Positions 25,150-33,412 of a DNA stretch of 42,355 nt are shown one piece after another. A program made the translations under genes and the position numbers. The DNA lies in IMG/VR virus record IMGVR_UViG_3300044560_000017; one strand, written 5' to 3'. The notes under the pieces are model-generated. The model searched no databases and had not been told where the DNA came from. It saw only the letters and a list, made by a program, of their open reading frames with translations. Position 1 is the first letter of the stretch; each line of letters starts with the position of its first letter. This DNA is from a virus.

Positions 25150-25204
25150 CGTGCAGCGGGAGTCGAACCCGTATCTTCTTTGCTCTTCCGTTGAGCTATG
25201 CACG
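25150..25204 (-). ncRNA. 55-nt truncated tRNA-like element lacking the anticodon arm
   Basis: Acceptor CGTGCA/TGCACG, D-arm GCTC-aacggaa-GAGC, T-arm CGGG-TTCGACT-CCCG. Only ~10 nt lie where the anticodon arm plus variable loop (~22 nt) should be. Confidence 0.45.
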
Positions 25205-25279
25205 TCCATTTCATCAATCGCTTATGTTACCAATTTACACCCAAAATAGTGGTCAAAAGTGCGCAATTAGTGCACGATT

Positions 25280-25705
25280 TTATAAATCATACAGCCCTAA
25301 TTCTTTAGCACAATCATTTATGAACTGCTTTTTTAAATAAAATGCCTTTCTACGGCTTACATGGATCAATCCATTAGTAATTAACCCATCAATCGTATAT
25401 CGTGGCCGTTTTCTGAAATACAGCTCGTCAATAATAATCTCGGTGTCTTCTCCAACTTCATCTAAGCAGTCATCAATAACTTGGCGTTGCTTCTTCAGTG
25501 CATTAATCCGCTTGTCATCATCTAGCGTGATAATTAACCGTTCTGTGCTATCGTTGAACCCGTTCTGTGCCCGACCACCGCCAACATTCTCATCAATCGG
25601 CGTTACCGGATAACGTAACTCCTGTTCGCGCTGTTCAATGTACTTATCAATCTTGGGATAATCACGTAAAATATCCTCTACCGTTCTAATCGTCGATCGT
25701 CTCAC
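25280..25705 (-). CDS. Late-gene transcriptional activator (RinA/ArpU-like, sigma region-4-like)
   Basis: 141 aa, sited at the early/late boundary upstream of the packaging genes. GTG start with GGAGG SD. Confidence 0.75.
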   Translation of the reverse strand: MRRSTIRTVEDILRDYPKIDKYIEQREQELRYPVTPIDENVGGGRAQNGFNDSTERLIITLDDDKRINALKKQRQVIDDCLDEVGEDTEIIIDELYFRKRPRYTIDGLITNGLIHVSRRKAFYLKKQFINDCAKELGLYDL

Positions 25706-25815
25706 CCATCATTCCTCCATCTTAAGCTTATTTTAAGTTTGCTTTAATGTTAATGGCATAATGTTTTATTTGTTGGCCACGGAGTAAGAGTTAATTTTAG
25801 AAGCCGATTTGGGGT

Positions 25816-25841
25816 AAGGGCTGTTGTGTCAGCCCTTTTTT
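25816..25841. terminator. Hairpin at the end of the early operon (T-run lies on the plus-strand side)
   Basis: gggctg-ttgtgt-cagccc followed by T6 on the plus strand. On the minus strand the stem is preceded by A6 and followed by only TT. Confidence 0.4.
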
Positions 25842-25846
25842 GCTGT

Positions 25847-26062
25847 CTAAAATGGCCGCGTAAGCTCGTGTAGCACATTAGTAATATCCGCATTACTCAG
25901 CATACCCAAAGCAATGTAAACTTCCTTAGGCACGCTGTGCTCGCTTAATTTGGATTGAAACTCGGATAGCCCCATCAATACATCGTCTTTCGGCACCAGC
26001 GCCTCCAGATAGCTAAGCAGCATACGTTGGTTACCGTTCATTTCGTCGCGTGTTTTATCCAT
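25847..26062 (-). CDS. Hypothetical early protein (71 aa)
   Basis: GGAGGA SD, ATG 26062. Confidence 0.6.
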   Translation of the reverse strand: MDKTRDEMNGNQRMLLSYLEALVPKDDVLMGLSEFQSKLSEHSVPKEVYIALGMLSNADITNVLHELTRPF

Positions 26063-26088
26063 ACGTCCTCCTACGTAAAATAATAATT

Positions 26089-26280
26089 TTATCCCATCGT
26101 CAGCTCATGGATAACCTGGTTGCGTTCCTTCACTGACAGCTTGTTAATCGCGTTGCGTTGGCTATTGCTCAGCTTGGTAAAGTGATTGCCACACCACACT
26201 AGTGCCTGTGCCACATCGTTACCATAACTTGCCATGCCTTGCAGCACGTATTTTCGATACTCAATCTGTTCGTGTGTCAT
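26089..26280 (-). CDS. Hypothetical early protein (63 aa)
   Basis: Trimmed to ATG 26280 with GAGGAGG SD. Confidence 0.55.
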   Translation of the reverse strand: MTHEQIEYRKYVLQGMASYGNDVAQALVWCGNHFTKLSNSQRNAINKLSVKERNQVIHELTMG

Positions 26281-26386
26281 GCTGTGCCTCCTCATCAAAC
26301 TCAATGGGATACTTGTTAATCATATCGTTGCTTCCATCAAATTGTTCGGCCTTGACAGTATCCGTTTTACGATAAATTTTAGTCAT
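26261..26386 (-). CDS. Hypothetical small protein (41 aa)
   Basis: Trimmed to ATG 26386 (MTKIYRK...) with GAGAGG SD. Confidence 0.4.
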   Translation of the reverse strand: MTKIYRKTDTVKAEQFDGSNDMINKYPIEFDEEAQHDTRTD

Positions 26387-26480
26387 GATGTGCCTCTCGT
26401 AGCTTCTCTCGCATGCAACGCACCCAATCTTTGTCGCGACCCATAACACTAGCAATTCCTTGGTTGTTAGGCTTGTTCAT
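26379..26480 (-). CDS. Small ORF (33 aa) abutting the IS left end; possibly the 3' remnant of an interrupted gene
   Basis: MNKPNNQGIASVMGRDKDWVRCMREKLREAHHD. The same frame stays open upstream of the ATG into the IS end. Confidence 0.3.
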   Translation of the reverse strand: MNKPNNQGIASVMGRDKDWVRCMREKLREAHHD

Positions 26481-26576
26481 GTGATCGACGTTGTATTTTA
26501 GCTGTGTCAATTCATTAAAATTTTGGCGGGAAACCCATGATTTCAATCATGGGAGGAACGCCCATGTTTCGCAACG

Positions 26577-27023
26577 TTAGTTGCGTTTTAGCAGAGGCCT
26601 TCCCGCCTTCCCCCTTTCTGTTCGTTGGTTCTCAATGTAGTGTTCGACTGTTTCTTTTGACATATCCCCTAAAGTGCCCATGTAATAGCTTGGCGACCAA
26701 AGGTGACCGCCCCAAACTATTTGTTGTGTTTCTGGATGAATTTTGAACCATTCGCGTGCTGAGACACCCTTTAATACCTTGACAATATTGGCCGGCGCGT
26801 ATTTTGGTTTAAAGCTGATTAGCAGATGGATATGATCAAGCATGACTTCGCCTTTCTCAATTTCAATTTCGTTTTGATTCGCAATGTTTTGCAAGATTGT
26901 CAACATCTCCTTTGCGAATCTTGGTGTGTTAAATATTTGTTTCCGATACTTCGTTACCCAGACTAAATGGAAGTGAAAGTTATAAACATATCCGCGTTCG
27001 TGTTTCACGTTTTCTTTTGACAT
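26577..27023 (-). CDS. tnpA: IS200/IS605 Y1 (HUH) transposase TnpA
   Basis: HFHLVWVTKYR (HUH) and WSPSYYMGT (catalytic Tyr), 148 aa. Confidence 0.93.
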   Translation of the reverse strand: MSKENVKHERGYVYNFHFHLVWVTKYRKQIFNTPRFAKEMLTILQNIANQNEIEIEKGEVMLDHIHLLISFKPKYAPANIVKVLKGVSAREWFKIHPETQQIVWGGHLWSPSYYMGTLGDMSKETVEHYIENQRTERGKAGRPLLKRN

Positions 27024-27060
27024 ATGATTTACTCCTAACGTTTATAGATAAACGACTTCG

Positions 27061-27089
27061 TTGTTTAAATGCGGTGACAGTCGTATAAT
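27061..27089 (+). promoter_or_regulatory. Candidate tnpB promoter TTGTTT-17 nt-TATAAT
   Basis: Exact spacing, perfect -10, upstream of the AAGGAGG SD. Confidence 0.5.
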
Positions 27090-27115
27090 AAGTATAGTCT
27101 AAGGAGGTGATATAT

Positions 27116-28360
27116 GTGACTAAGAAAATGTCTGAGTTCAAATACCATTACGGAATTAAAATGCGAATATTCCCATCTCGTGAGCAGAAACATCAGCTTG
27201 ACAACAATATCAACGCAAGCCGTTTTGCTTACAACGAAATGGTGGCTATCGACAAAGAACTATTTCAATTGCGTAAAGTAAAGTGTTACATTGCTTCGGT
27301 TGTTAATCGCATTGCCTACCTGCAGAAACGTAAAAACAACACACAAATGTTGTTTGCACTACATCCTTGGTTATCAGGTACCAATGTAGGTACCGACGTT
27401 GTAGATCAAGCACGACGAGCTTATCAGAGCGCGTGGCGTTTATTTCGACAAGTACACAGATCTGGCACACCAAAGTTCCATAAAAAGCAGATGAGTGGCA
27501 GCTTTCAGCTCCCAAATCGCTATGCTAAGGTTCAGCCGAATTTGTTCAATGGCAGTTGCCGTTTTCTCGATTCTAAGCATGTGAAAATTAGCTTGATTGG
27601 CCGATTGCGTGTGTCTGGGTCACATAGACGCTTGTTTAGTCGTGGCAATGATGTTCGTATTGGAACAATCACTGTCTCGCGCGATGCCACTGGGCGTTAC
27701 TACTTATCTATGCAACTAGGATCGGACACCCCGTTTGTTGTGGGTGGCAAGCAACAGATCTCTCCAGTAGGCATTGACCTAAATACTGACAATTTCCTAA
27801 CTGATTCAAACGGCAACATCGTTGCCAATCCACGTTACTATCGCTCTATCAAGGGCAAGCTAGCCAAAGCCCAACGTAAACTTTCTCGTCGTGCGCTACG
27901 GGCTAAAAAAGAAAATCGGCCGCTTCGTGAAGCTAAGAATTATCAGAAACAACGTGTATTGGTGGCCACCCTCCAGCGAAAAGTTGCTAATCAACGTAAC
28001 AACTTTCTACATCTTGTCTCAACAACACTTATCAAGAACCACGATTTAGTTGTTGCAGAGGAGTTGCGGAGTAAGAATATGTTACGAAACCATGCATTGG
28101 CAATGAGCATTGCTGATGTTGGCTGGCGAACTTTTTTAGGCATGCTGGCCTATAAAGCCGACCTATACGGCCATAAATTTGTCACCGTTAATCCGCGTAA
28201 CACGACGCAAACCTGTAGTGAGTGTGGATATTTGATGTGCGGTGATAAAAAACTGACCTTAAAAGATCGTGAATGGACTTGCCCACAGTGCGGTAATCAC
28301 CACATTCGCGATTGGAATGCTGCTAAAAACATTCTCAAAAAAGGCTTGGCAAGTGCTTAA
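27116..28360 (+). CDS. tnpB: TnpB (IS605 OrfB; RuvC-like RNA-guided nuclease family)
   Basis: GIDLN, VVAEEL and IRDWNAAKNI RuvC-like motifs; zinc ribbon CSECG...CPQCG. Start GTG 27116 preferred (8 nt after AAGGAGG); track start is 27107. Confidence 0.9.
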   Translation: MTKKMSEFKYHYGIKMRIFPSREQKHQLDNNINASRFAYNEMVAIDKELFQLRKVKCYIASVVNRIAYLQKRKNNTQMLFALHPWLSGTNVGTDVVDQARRAYQSAWRLFRQVHRSGTPKFHKKQMSGSFQLPNRYAKVQPNLFNGSCRFLDSKHVKISLIGRLRVSGSHRRLFSRGNDVRIGTITVSRDATGRYYLSMQLGSDTPFVVGGKQQISPVGIDLNTDNFLTDSNGNIVANPRYYRSIKGKLAKAQRKLSRRALRAKKENRPLREAKNYQKQRVLVATLQRKVANQRNNFLHLVSTTLIKNHDLVVAEELRSKNMLRNHALAMSIADVGWRTFLGMLAYKADLYGHKFVTVNPRNTTQTCSECGYLMCGDKKLTLKDREWTCPQCGNHHIRDWNAAKNILKKGLASA

Positions 28361-28512
28361 CTTGTTTGCCCGTCTGGCAACCTGCGGGCATAAAAGGCTT
28401 TGGTAATTAGCACGTAAGACCTGCATGCAGGCAATTGCTGTATCTAAGCAAATTGTGGTCGTTGCACCGTTAGGTGCAGTTCTCACAAGCTTCCGACTTT
28501 AGTCGGGAGTGG
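28300..28512 (+). ncRNA. Candidate omega/right-end RNA of TnpB (tnpB 3' end to the IS right end)
   Basis: Position by analogy with characterised TnpB loci. Several hairpins (cctgcatgcagg, tgcacc-gtta-ggtgca, RE hairpin). No covariance model was run. Confidence 0.3.
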
Positions 28513-28791
28513 TTGACCTGGTGTGGCTTGGTAATCCAATTCGTCACGATTTTTCATTTTGACACGTAATTGCTTTAGATAATGCAGTGAATTTGATCGT
28601 TCTTGTGCAATGTATTCGCTGGTATATCCGTGTAAAATCATGTGGCACAGCACATTATTTTCTGCTGTGTGCTGTTCCTCAGTTTGACCGCGGATCTCTT
28701 TTTTAATGTCTTCCGGCCAATCATCTGGATCGTCGCCATAATTGGCATAAGCCTCCCTGATTGTGGCCGCCATTTTCTTGTTTGATGACAT
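28483..28791 (-). CDS. Hypothetical early protein (102 aa, HTH-like segment); its last ~10 codons lie in the IS right-end hairpin
   Basis: AGGAG SD. LHGYTSEYIAQERSNSLHYLKQLRVKM is HTH-like. The C-terminal LPTKVGSL is encoded by the RE hairpin. Confidence 0.55.
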   Translation of the reverse strand: MSSNKKMAATIREAYANYGDDPDDWPEDIKKEIRGQTEEQHTAENNVLCHMILHGYTSEYIAQERSNSLHYLKQLRVKMKNRDELDYQATPGQPLPTKVGSL

Positions 28792-28797
28792 ACACCT

Positions 28798-28965
28798 CTA
28801 CTCCTTTCTCAATAGTCGTTTTGCTTCGTTCCTTAGCTCTTCAAATTCATGTTTACGACGTTCTTTCAAAACTTCATTGCAATTGGGACATGGACTAGCT
28901 GTGACAGTGCTTGCTGTGCAGTGGTGAAAAACGCCAGTGCCATGACACAATGGGCATTCGCTCAT
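28798..28965 (-). CDS. Small zinc-ribbon protein (55 aa)
   Basis: Hand-translated MSECPLCHGTGVFHHCTASTVTASPCPNCNEVLKERRKHEFEELRNEAKRLLRKE. CxxCxGxG plus CxxC. AAAGGAG SD. ATGA overlap with the upstream gene. Confidence 0.5.
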   Translation of the reverse strand: MSECPLCHGTGVFHHCTASTVTASPCPNCNEVLKERRKHEFEELRNEAKRLLRKE

Positions 28966-29732
28966 ACATTACGCACTCCTTTCATGCCATCAAAAATCAG
29001 TTGCTGTCCCGGGTTGTCTGGATATACACGATCAATGAACTTGCCTTCATACATCTGTTTTAGCTGTCCCTTGGTATTGTTAGTTGTAATGATGGTGACA
29101 CCCTTAGCAGTGTTGTGGTTGAAATCAACTCTAGCGTTAGACACGCGATACATCATGTCTTGCAGATCCTTGTGCACCGGTTTAATGTTGCCAGTCATAC
29201 CACCTTCTGTGCCAAAATCATCTAGTACCAATACATCAACCTCAATCATCGAACGTGTTATTTTGATCAGTTTAGACCGAATTGAAGTGTCCTCATATTT
29301 GTCATTGACCATTCTTAGCAGCTCGGCAGTTGATACAAACATGCCACTATTACCATGGCTCATCAGGTGGTCCAACATCGCTAGTGCTAAGGACGTTTTG
29401 CCAACGCCACGATCACCCATCATAGCCACGTTAAAGTTTTGGTTTTCTAATTGCTTAGCCAACACGAATGCCTTCTTGCCTAATGACTTAGCTAAGTGTG
29501 GATTGTCCTGCTTAGCAATGTCCCAGTTGCCAAACGAAAACTTGAGCGGTATGTTGCCGGACCAGACCGAGTAGCTATAGTACCGGGCCATTTTGTCCCG
29601 TTTCAATTGTTGAGCTGCTTGTTCAGCCGTCTTACGATCCAATTCTTCTTTAGTTGGCAAGTGGTTCAGGTCAACATGGTGGGCATTGGCTAGTCGTTGA
29701 ATATATTCATGGTCAAAAGTAACGTGCTCCAT
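28962..29732 (-). CDS. DnaC/IstB-like AAA+ helicase loader
   Basis: Walker A GDRGVGKTS, Walker B VLVLDDFG. Trimmed to ATG 29732 with GGGAGG SD. Confidence 0.88.
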   Translation of the reverse strand: MEHVTFDHEYIQRLANAHHVDLNHLPTKEELDRKTAEQAAQQLKRDKMARYYSYSVWSGNIPLKFSFGNWDIAKQDNPHLAKSLGKKAFVLAKQLENQNFNVAMMGDRGVGKTSLALAMLDHLMSHGNSGMFVSTAELLRMVNDKYEDTSIRSKLIKITRSMIEVDVLVLDDFGTEGGMTGNIKPVHKDLQDMMYRVSNARVDFNHNTAKGVTIITTNNTKGQLKQMYEGKFIDRVYPDNPGQQLIFDGMKGVRNV

Positions 29733-29733
29733 G

Positions 29734-30486
29734 CTAACCTCCCGTCCAATACTCGCGGCCCTCATGTTTTTGTTCAGTCGATACTTGATACTCATCATCG
29801 AACCGGCCATTGAACCATGTAGATCCATCCATAGGGCGGTACCAATCTTTATTTTGAGAAATATACTGTTTGTACAGTTTTAACTGGTTGAAAAGATAAT
29901 CGTTGGAATGCTTTGCTGACTTTTTACGCCAAGCTTTGTAATGGTTAAACGCTTGCTTTTTTCCCTTTTTGCTGGGATAAGCTGACCAGATTTCCTCAAA
30001 TTCAGCCTCAATTGAGGAAGGTGCAGCGACAGCTGCACTATTCTCTTTTGTAGTCTCTGTAGTAGTCTCTGGTAGTCTATTGGTATTGGTTATGACTCCG
30101 GGTCCCTTTGAATTAGGATTGTCAGTCCTATTGGTAGGAACTGTGCGTCCCCACGTTGCTCCCAAACTGTCTAATGCTTCATAATTAATTCGATACCATT
30201 TTGTACGATCAAATTTGGCCTTATTATAATTCCCGGTGATTAGCAATCCGTGGTTCTCTAAATCCTTCAAATATCGTTGAACCGTTTTTTCAGATAGCCA
30301 CGGAAATTGCTTATGCCACTCCGAAACACTGTTATATACCCATTTATAATTATCTTTCACATTGCTAGAACGAGTAATCCAATAATGTATTTGTTGAAGA
30401 ATGATCGCTTTGTCCACACTATTTAATGCGATTGCTAATGACGGTAAAACCTGTAACGGTGGCTCACTAATTAATAGATTTCCCAT
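29734..30486 (-). CDS. Replication initiator / replisome organiser (winged-helix N-terminus, DnaD-like)
   Basis: Sits upstream of the DnaC-like loader. N-terminal wHTH-like KTVQRYLKDLENHGLLI. Trimmed to ATG 30486. Confidence 0.65.
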   Translation of the reverse strand: MGNLLISEPPLQVLPSLAIALNSVDKAIILQQIHYWITRSSNVKDNYKWVYNSVSEWHKQFPWLSEKTVQRYLKDLENHGLLITGNYNKAKFDRTKWYRINYEALDSLGATWGRTVPTNRTDNPNSKGPGVITNTNRLPETTTETTKENSAAVAAPSSIEAEFEEIWSAYPSKKGKKQAFNHYKAWRKKSAKHSNDYLFNQLKLYKQYISQNKDWYRPMDGSTWFNGRFDDEYQVSTEQKHEGREYWTGG

Positions 30487-31183
30487 TTGTTTCACCTCGG
30501 TAATTTCCTCTAACTCCAATTTTTCTCAATGTCTCTTCGCCCAACTTAATCCCGGCAACTGGAATGTGATACTTCTCGCCAAAGGCTGTCGGACCGATCT
30601 TGTGCCATTCTGTATGGTGCTCTCGGCACAAACAGTTAACTCGTAGTTGCGTATGGTCAAGATGATTCCTATCACGGCCAGACCCAACCGTATCAACGTG
30701 ATTAATATCCGAATGTTCACGGCCACACACCATGCACCGACGATGCCGGCAGCATTGATATTGGTAATACTCTTGCTCTCTCGGTAGCAATTCATAGCCT
30801 TGCTTGAACGGTACACGCCACGTAAACATGAAGTCGATAACTAGGTCGAGTAACACGTTAGCGTCGCTTACGGACGATTCTGTCGTGTCTGACAGGCTAA
30901 TCTCATTACCAAACGTGTATTCCTCATATTGCAGATAGAACAGCTCTTTTAAAAAGTCTGTAGGCATGCCTGACCAGGTATAAATGTCACTCAACAGGGC
31001 AAAGAATAGGCGTCGTTGTTGCGGCCTAGCTTTGCGTGTGTCGGCTAGTTCCCAATCTAGGTAAAGTTGGTCACGTGAACCGCTAACGGTCTCGATATGG
31101 TCTAAATTAGGCCGATGGTCAAGCTCAACTAACAAGTATGACTTGCCGTTCCGTTCAAAGTATTTTGATCGTGACCGCTGCAT
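30467..31183 (-). CDS. HNH-type (beta-beta-alpha-Me) nuclease-like protein
   Basis: Cys/His cluster CCRHRRCMVCGREHSDINHVDTVG...NCLCREHHTEWH. Confidence 0.55.
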   Translation of the reverse strand: MQRSRSKYFERNGKSYLLVELDHRPNLDHIETVSGSRDQLYLDWELADTRKARPQQRRLFFALLSDIYTWSGMPTDFLKELFYLQYEEYTFGNEISLSDTTESSVSDANVLLDLVIDFMFTWRVPFKQGYELLPREQEYYQYQCCRHRRCMVCGREHSDINHVDTVGSGRDRNHLDHTQLRVNCLCREHHTEWHKIGPTAFGEKYHIPVAGIKLGEETLRKIGVRGNYRGETNGKSIN

Positions 31184-31197
31184 TTAATCACCTCAAA

Positions 31198-31629
31198 TCA
31201 GAACGGAAGATCACTATCTTGAATATCAATTGGCTTGCCGTCATTAGCAAACGGATCACTCGTATTATTTTGTGGCCGATTATCTTGATAACTACCGTTA
31301 CCAGTAGAGCTTTTTGGTTCCAAGAACGAGAAGTTATCAACAATAACTTCCGTAACATATACGCGTTGGCCTTGCTTATTTTCATAGTTGCGTGTTTGAA
31401 TACGGCCATCAATGCCGACAAGGGAACCCTTGTGGAAGAAGTTAGCAAAGTTTTCTGCGGGCTTGCGCCAAATGACGCAACTTACGAAATCAGCTTCGCG
31501 CTCACCTTGTTTGTTGGTGAACCGCCGGTCAACGGCCAGATTGAAAGCAGCTACAGCATCACCGCCTTGCGTATACCGTAAATCCACATCACGGGTTAGT
31601 CGTCCAGTCAAAACTACTCGATTAATCAT
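31198..31629 (-). CDS. ssb: Single-stranded DNA-binding protein
   Basis: [20 protein letters not shown]... OB-fold signature and acidic tail DSDLPF. Confidence 0.95.
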   Translation of the reverse strand: MINRVVLTGRLTRDVDLRYTQGGDAVAAFNLAVDRRFTNKQGEREADFVSCVIWRKPAENFANFFHKGSLVGIDGRIQTRNYENKQGQRVYVTEVIVDNFSFLEPKSSTGNGSYQDNRPQNNTSDPFANDGKPIDIQDSDLPF

Positions 31630-32305
31630 TAGAATTCCCCTTCTCACTTTGATTTTTTAATTGAACACTCACTAGGCTGATCAGTTGGTTAGCACCATCA
31701 TGCGTCAAATCTTTGACCTGGCTAACGTTTAATTTTTCCAGATAACCGTTTCTAACAGCTTCAATTGGGGCGCTTGCTGCCTTACTCATTGCCTCAAACA
31801 ATCCATTAAGTGTTGTGGCCTGCTGTTTAGTTACAGGCAGGGGTTGACGATTGCTTTGTTGTGTACCATTATTCCTATAAGCTGGTTGTTGTGCCGTACG
31901 GTTATTAGGAGCCACTTTAGTTGCCTGCTGTCCATCGTCATCTTTAGAAGCAGATACGCCAAATGCTGCTGATAAACTATATCGTCGTGCATAAGTTTCA
32001 GCAGAGCCGAATGCCTGCGCGTCTTTACGCTGCACTGGCATGCTAAGTGGATTGTAAATAATGTACTCGCCACTAGCATCAAACAGCATAGTCGTAATAG
32101 AGACACAATTAGGATCGCTGGTCGCCTCCTGCGTATAACCTAACGACTCTGGGAGCGCCCTATCTACTGCAGCGGTTAAGTCTTCCAAAGTCACATAATT
32201 CCCATAGTGGCTTTTCCCATCTTTACTTGGCTGTGCTTTGAGTAAATTCTTGCGGAATTGTGCCATACTAGTAGCCAAGTTTTTAATTGATTCGCTTTTT
32301 TCCAT
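31622..32305 (-). CDS. ERF-family single-strand annealing recombinase
   Basis: ...GNYVTLEDL...[19 protein letters not shown] block; adjacent to ssb. Confidence 0.85.
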   Translation of the reverse strand: MEKSESIKNLATSMAQFRKNLLKAQPSKDGKSHYGNYVTLEDLTAAVDRALPESLGYTQEATSDPNCVSITTMLFDASGEYIIYNPLSMPVQRKDAQAFGSAETYARRYSLSAAFGVSASKDDDGQQATKVAPNNRTAQQPAYRNNGTQQSNRQPLPVTKQQATTLNGLFEAMSKAASAPIEAVRNGYLEKLNVSQVKDLTHDGANQLISLVSVQLKNQSEKGNSND

Positions 32306-32314
32306 AGCTTCCTC

Positions 32315-32800
32315 CTACTTAATTCGAATTGACCGTGTCTGTACTAACTTGGCGCCAGGAACCTCTTCACCATCATTGAGTGCCTGCTTAATGGCCGTTT
32401 TATCCAGTTTCTTTTCTACCTCAGTAAATTCATCGGGAATAAGTTTATCGTTCGTCACAGCAACACTAGGCTGGTTATTTTGAATCCAAATAGATAAGTC
32501 AATATCTTTGATTTTGTCCTTGCCTGCTGTTTCCATTCCGTGCTGTAATGCCAATTTAAGCCGACTAATATTATTGGATAAAATACGTTTTCGGTCTTGG
32601 TCGTGGCTTATTTTTTCTGTCAGTTGCTTCTTGTCAGCTACCAGCTGTTTAATAACTTTGCCATAGCCAATTGCTTTGTCAGCGATGCTGTCTTGCAAGC
32701 TCTCAATTGTATCAGCAAACAGTTGCTGATCTTCTGGTTTGGAACTATTGGCTAATTCAACGACATGCCATAAGTTTCCCTCAAGTTCGTATAGATTCAT
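32315..32800 (-). CDS. Siphovirus Gp157-like protein
   Basis: MNLYELEGNL... N-terminus, coiled-coil, ~160 aa, position upstream of the recombinase. Confidence 0.7.
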   Translation of the reverse strand: MNLYELEGNLWHVVELANSSKPEDQQLFADTIESLQDSIADKAIGYGKVIKQLVADKKQLTEKISHDQDRKRILSNNISRLKLALQHGMETAGKDKIKDIDLSIWIQNNQPSVAVTNDKLIPDEFTEVEKKLDKTAIKQALNDGEEVPGAKLVQTRSIRIK

Positions 32801-32802
32801 GC

Positions 32803-33015
32803 TTATTCCTCCTCCAAATTGGGTGACCAGGCAACAAGCTCGTCACTGATACTGTATAGACGATCAATCTCATCATTGCTAAGCCGATCATTCTCGGCCA
32901 ACAATTGAACTTCCTTGAACAAATCAGATTTAATGTCGTCTAGTTCAGCTAAATTAGTAACAACCACTGCCTTAGGCTGGAAACGGCTGCTTGTGTGTAC
33001 CTTGACTACGTCCAT
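32803..33015 (-). CDS. Hypothetical early protein (70 aa)
   Basis: ORF packed tightly in the operon; no recognisable motif. Confidence 0.5.
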   Translation of the reverse strand: MDVVKVHTSSRFQPKAVVVTNLAELDDIKSDLFKEVQLLAENDRLSNDEIDRLYSISDELVAWSPNLEEE

Positions 33016-33293
33016 GAGATCACCTCCGCATCCTTATAATTTTCCAAAATGGCTGCCAAGTTGTCGTAGTCCCAATCAATTGGACTGTCATAGGCTTCAC
33101 CCTCAGCATCTAAAAAGTCGCGCATTGAATCTTCATCGGTTAGCACATATCGGCCTTCTGCTTCCCAATAAGTTTCACCAGAAATCATGGGGTCGCCATT
33201 GGTATCTTTGACCATGAATCCCGTCTCAGGCTGCGATTCCAGCCGATTCATGTACCGGACAAAATCGAATGTTGCATGATCTGGCACGTTCAT
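33006..33293 (-). CDS. Strongly acidic hypothetical early protein (~95-100 aa)
   Basis: 13 Asp + 10 Glu versus 6 Lys/Arg in the 100-aa track ORF. ATG 33293 forms an ATGA overlap with the upstream small ORF; track start is 33308. Confidence 0.55.
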   Translation of the reverse strand: MNVPDHATFDFVRYMNRLESQPETGFMVKDTNGDPMISGETYWEAEGRYVLTDEDSMRDFLDAEGEAYDSPIDWDYDNLAAILENYKDAEVISWT

Positions 33294-33412
33294 CGCCATT
33301 GCAACCACCGCCCGTCTGGAGTAGAATTAATGTTATAGAAATAGGATAAGTGCAATTCATTTTCGAGTTCTGACGGCCAGGTCGGAACTCTTTTTTTATG
33401 CCATAGTTTCAT
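33290..33412 (-). CDS. Small ORF (40 aa, hypothetical)
   Basis: MKLWHKKRVPTWPSELENELHLSYFYNINSTPDGRWLQWR. ATGA overlaps at both ends suggest translational coupling. Confidence 0.3.
   Translation of the reverse strand: MKLWHKKRVPTWPSELENELHLSYFYNINSTPDGRWLQWR

Larger units (their letters stand above)
26515..28515 (+). mobile_element. IS200/IS605-family insertion sequence (IS605-like layout: LE, tnpA leftward, tnpB rightward, RE); boundaries approximate
   Basis: Y1 HUH transposase plus TnpB. Subterminal 9-bp-stem/2-nt-loop hairpins at both ends: cccatgatt-tc-aatcatggg (26534-26553, nested in GGCG...CGCC 26525-26562) and cttccgact-tt-agtcgggag (28490-28509). Confidence 0.8.

Noticed and set aside
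25770-25841. Plus-strand small RNA ending at the plus-oriented terminator between the early operon and the rinA-like gene
   Set aside because: I found no convincing plus-strand promoter upstream. The hairpin more likely marks the end of the early operon despite its poor minus-strand U-tract.
28849-29574. 241-aa plus-strand ORF
   Set aside because: It is antisense to the DnaC-like gene, which has clear Walker A and B motifs. It has no SD and a Cys/Ser/Leu-rich composition typical of a wrong frame.
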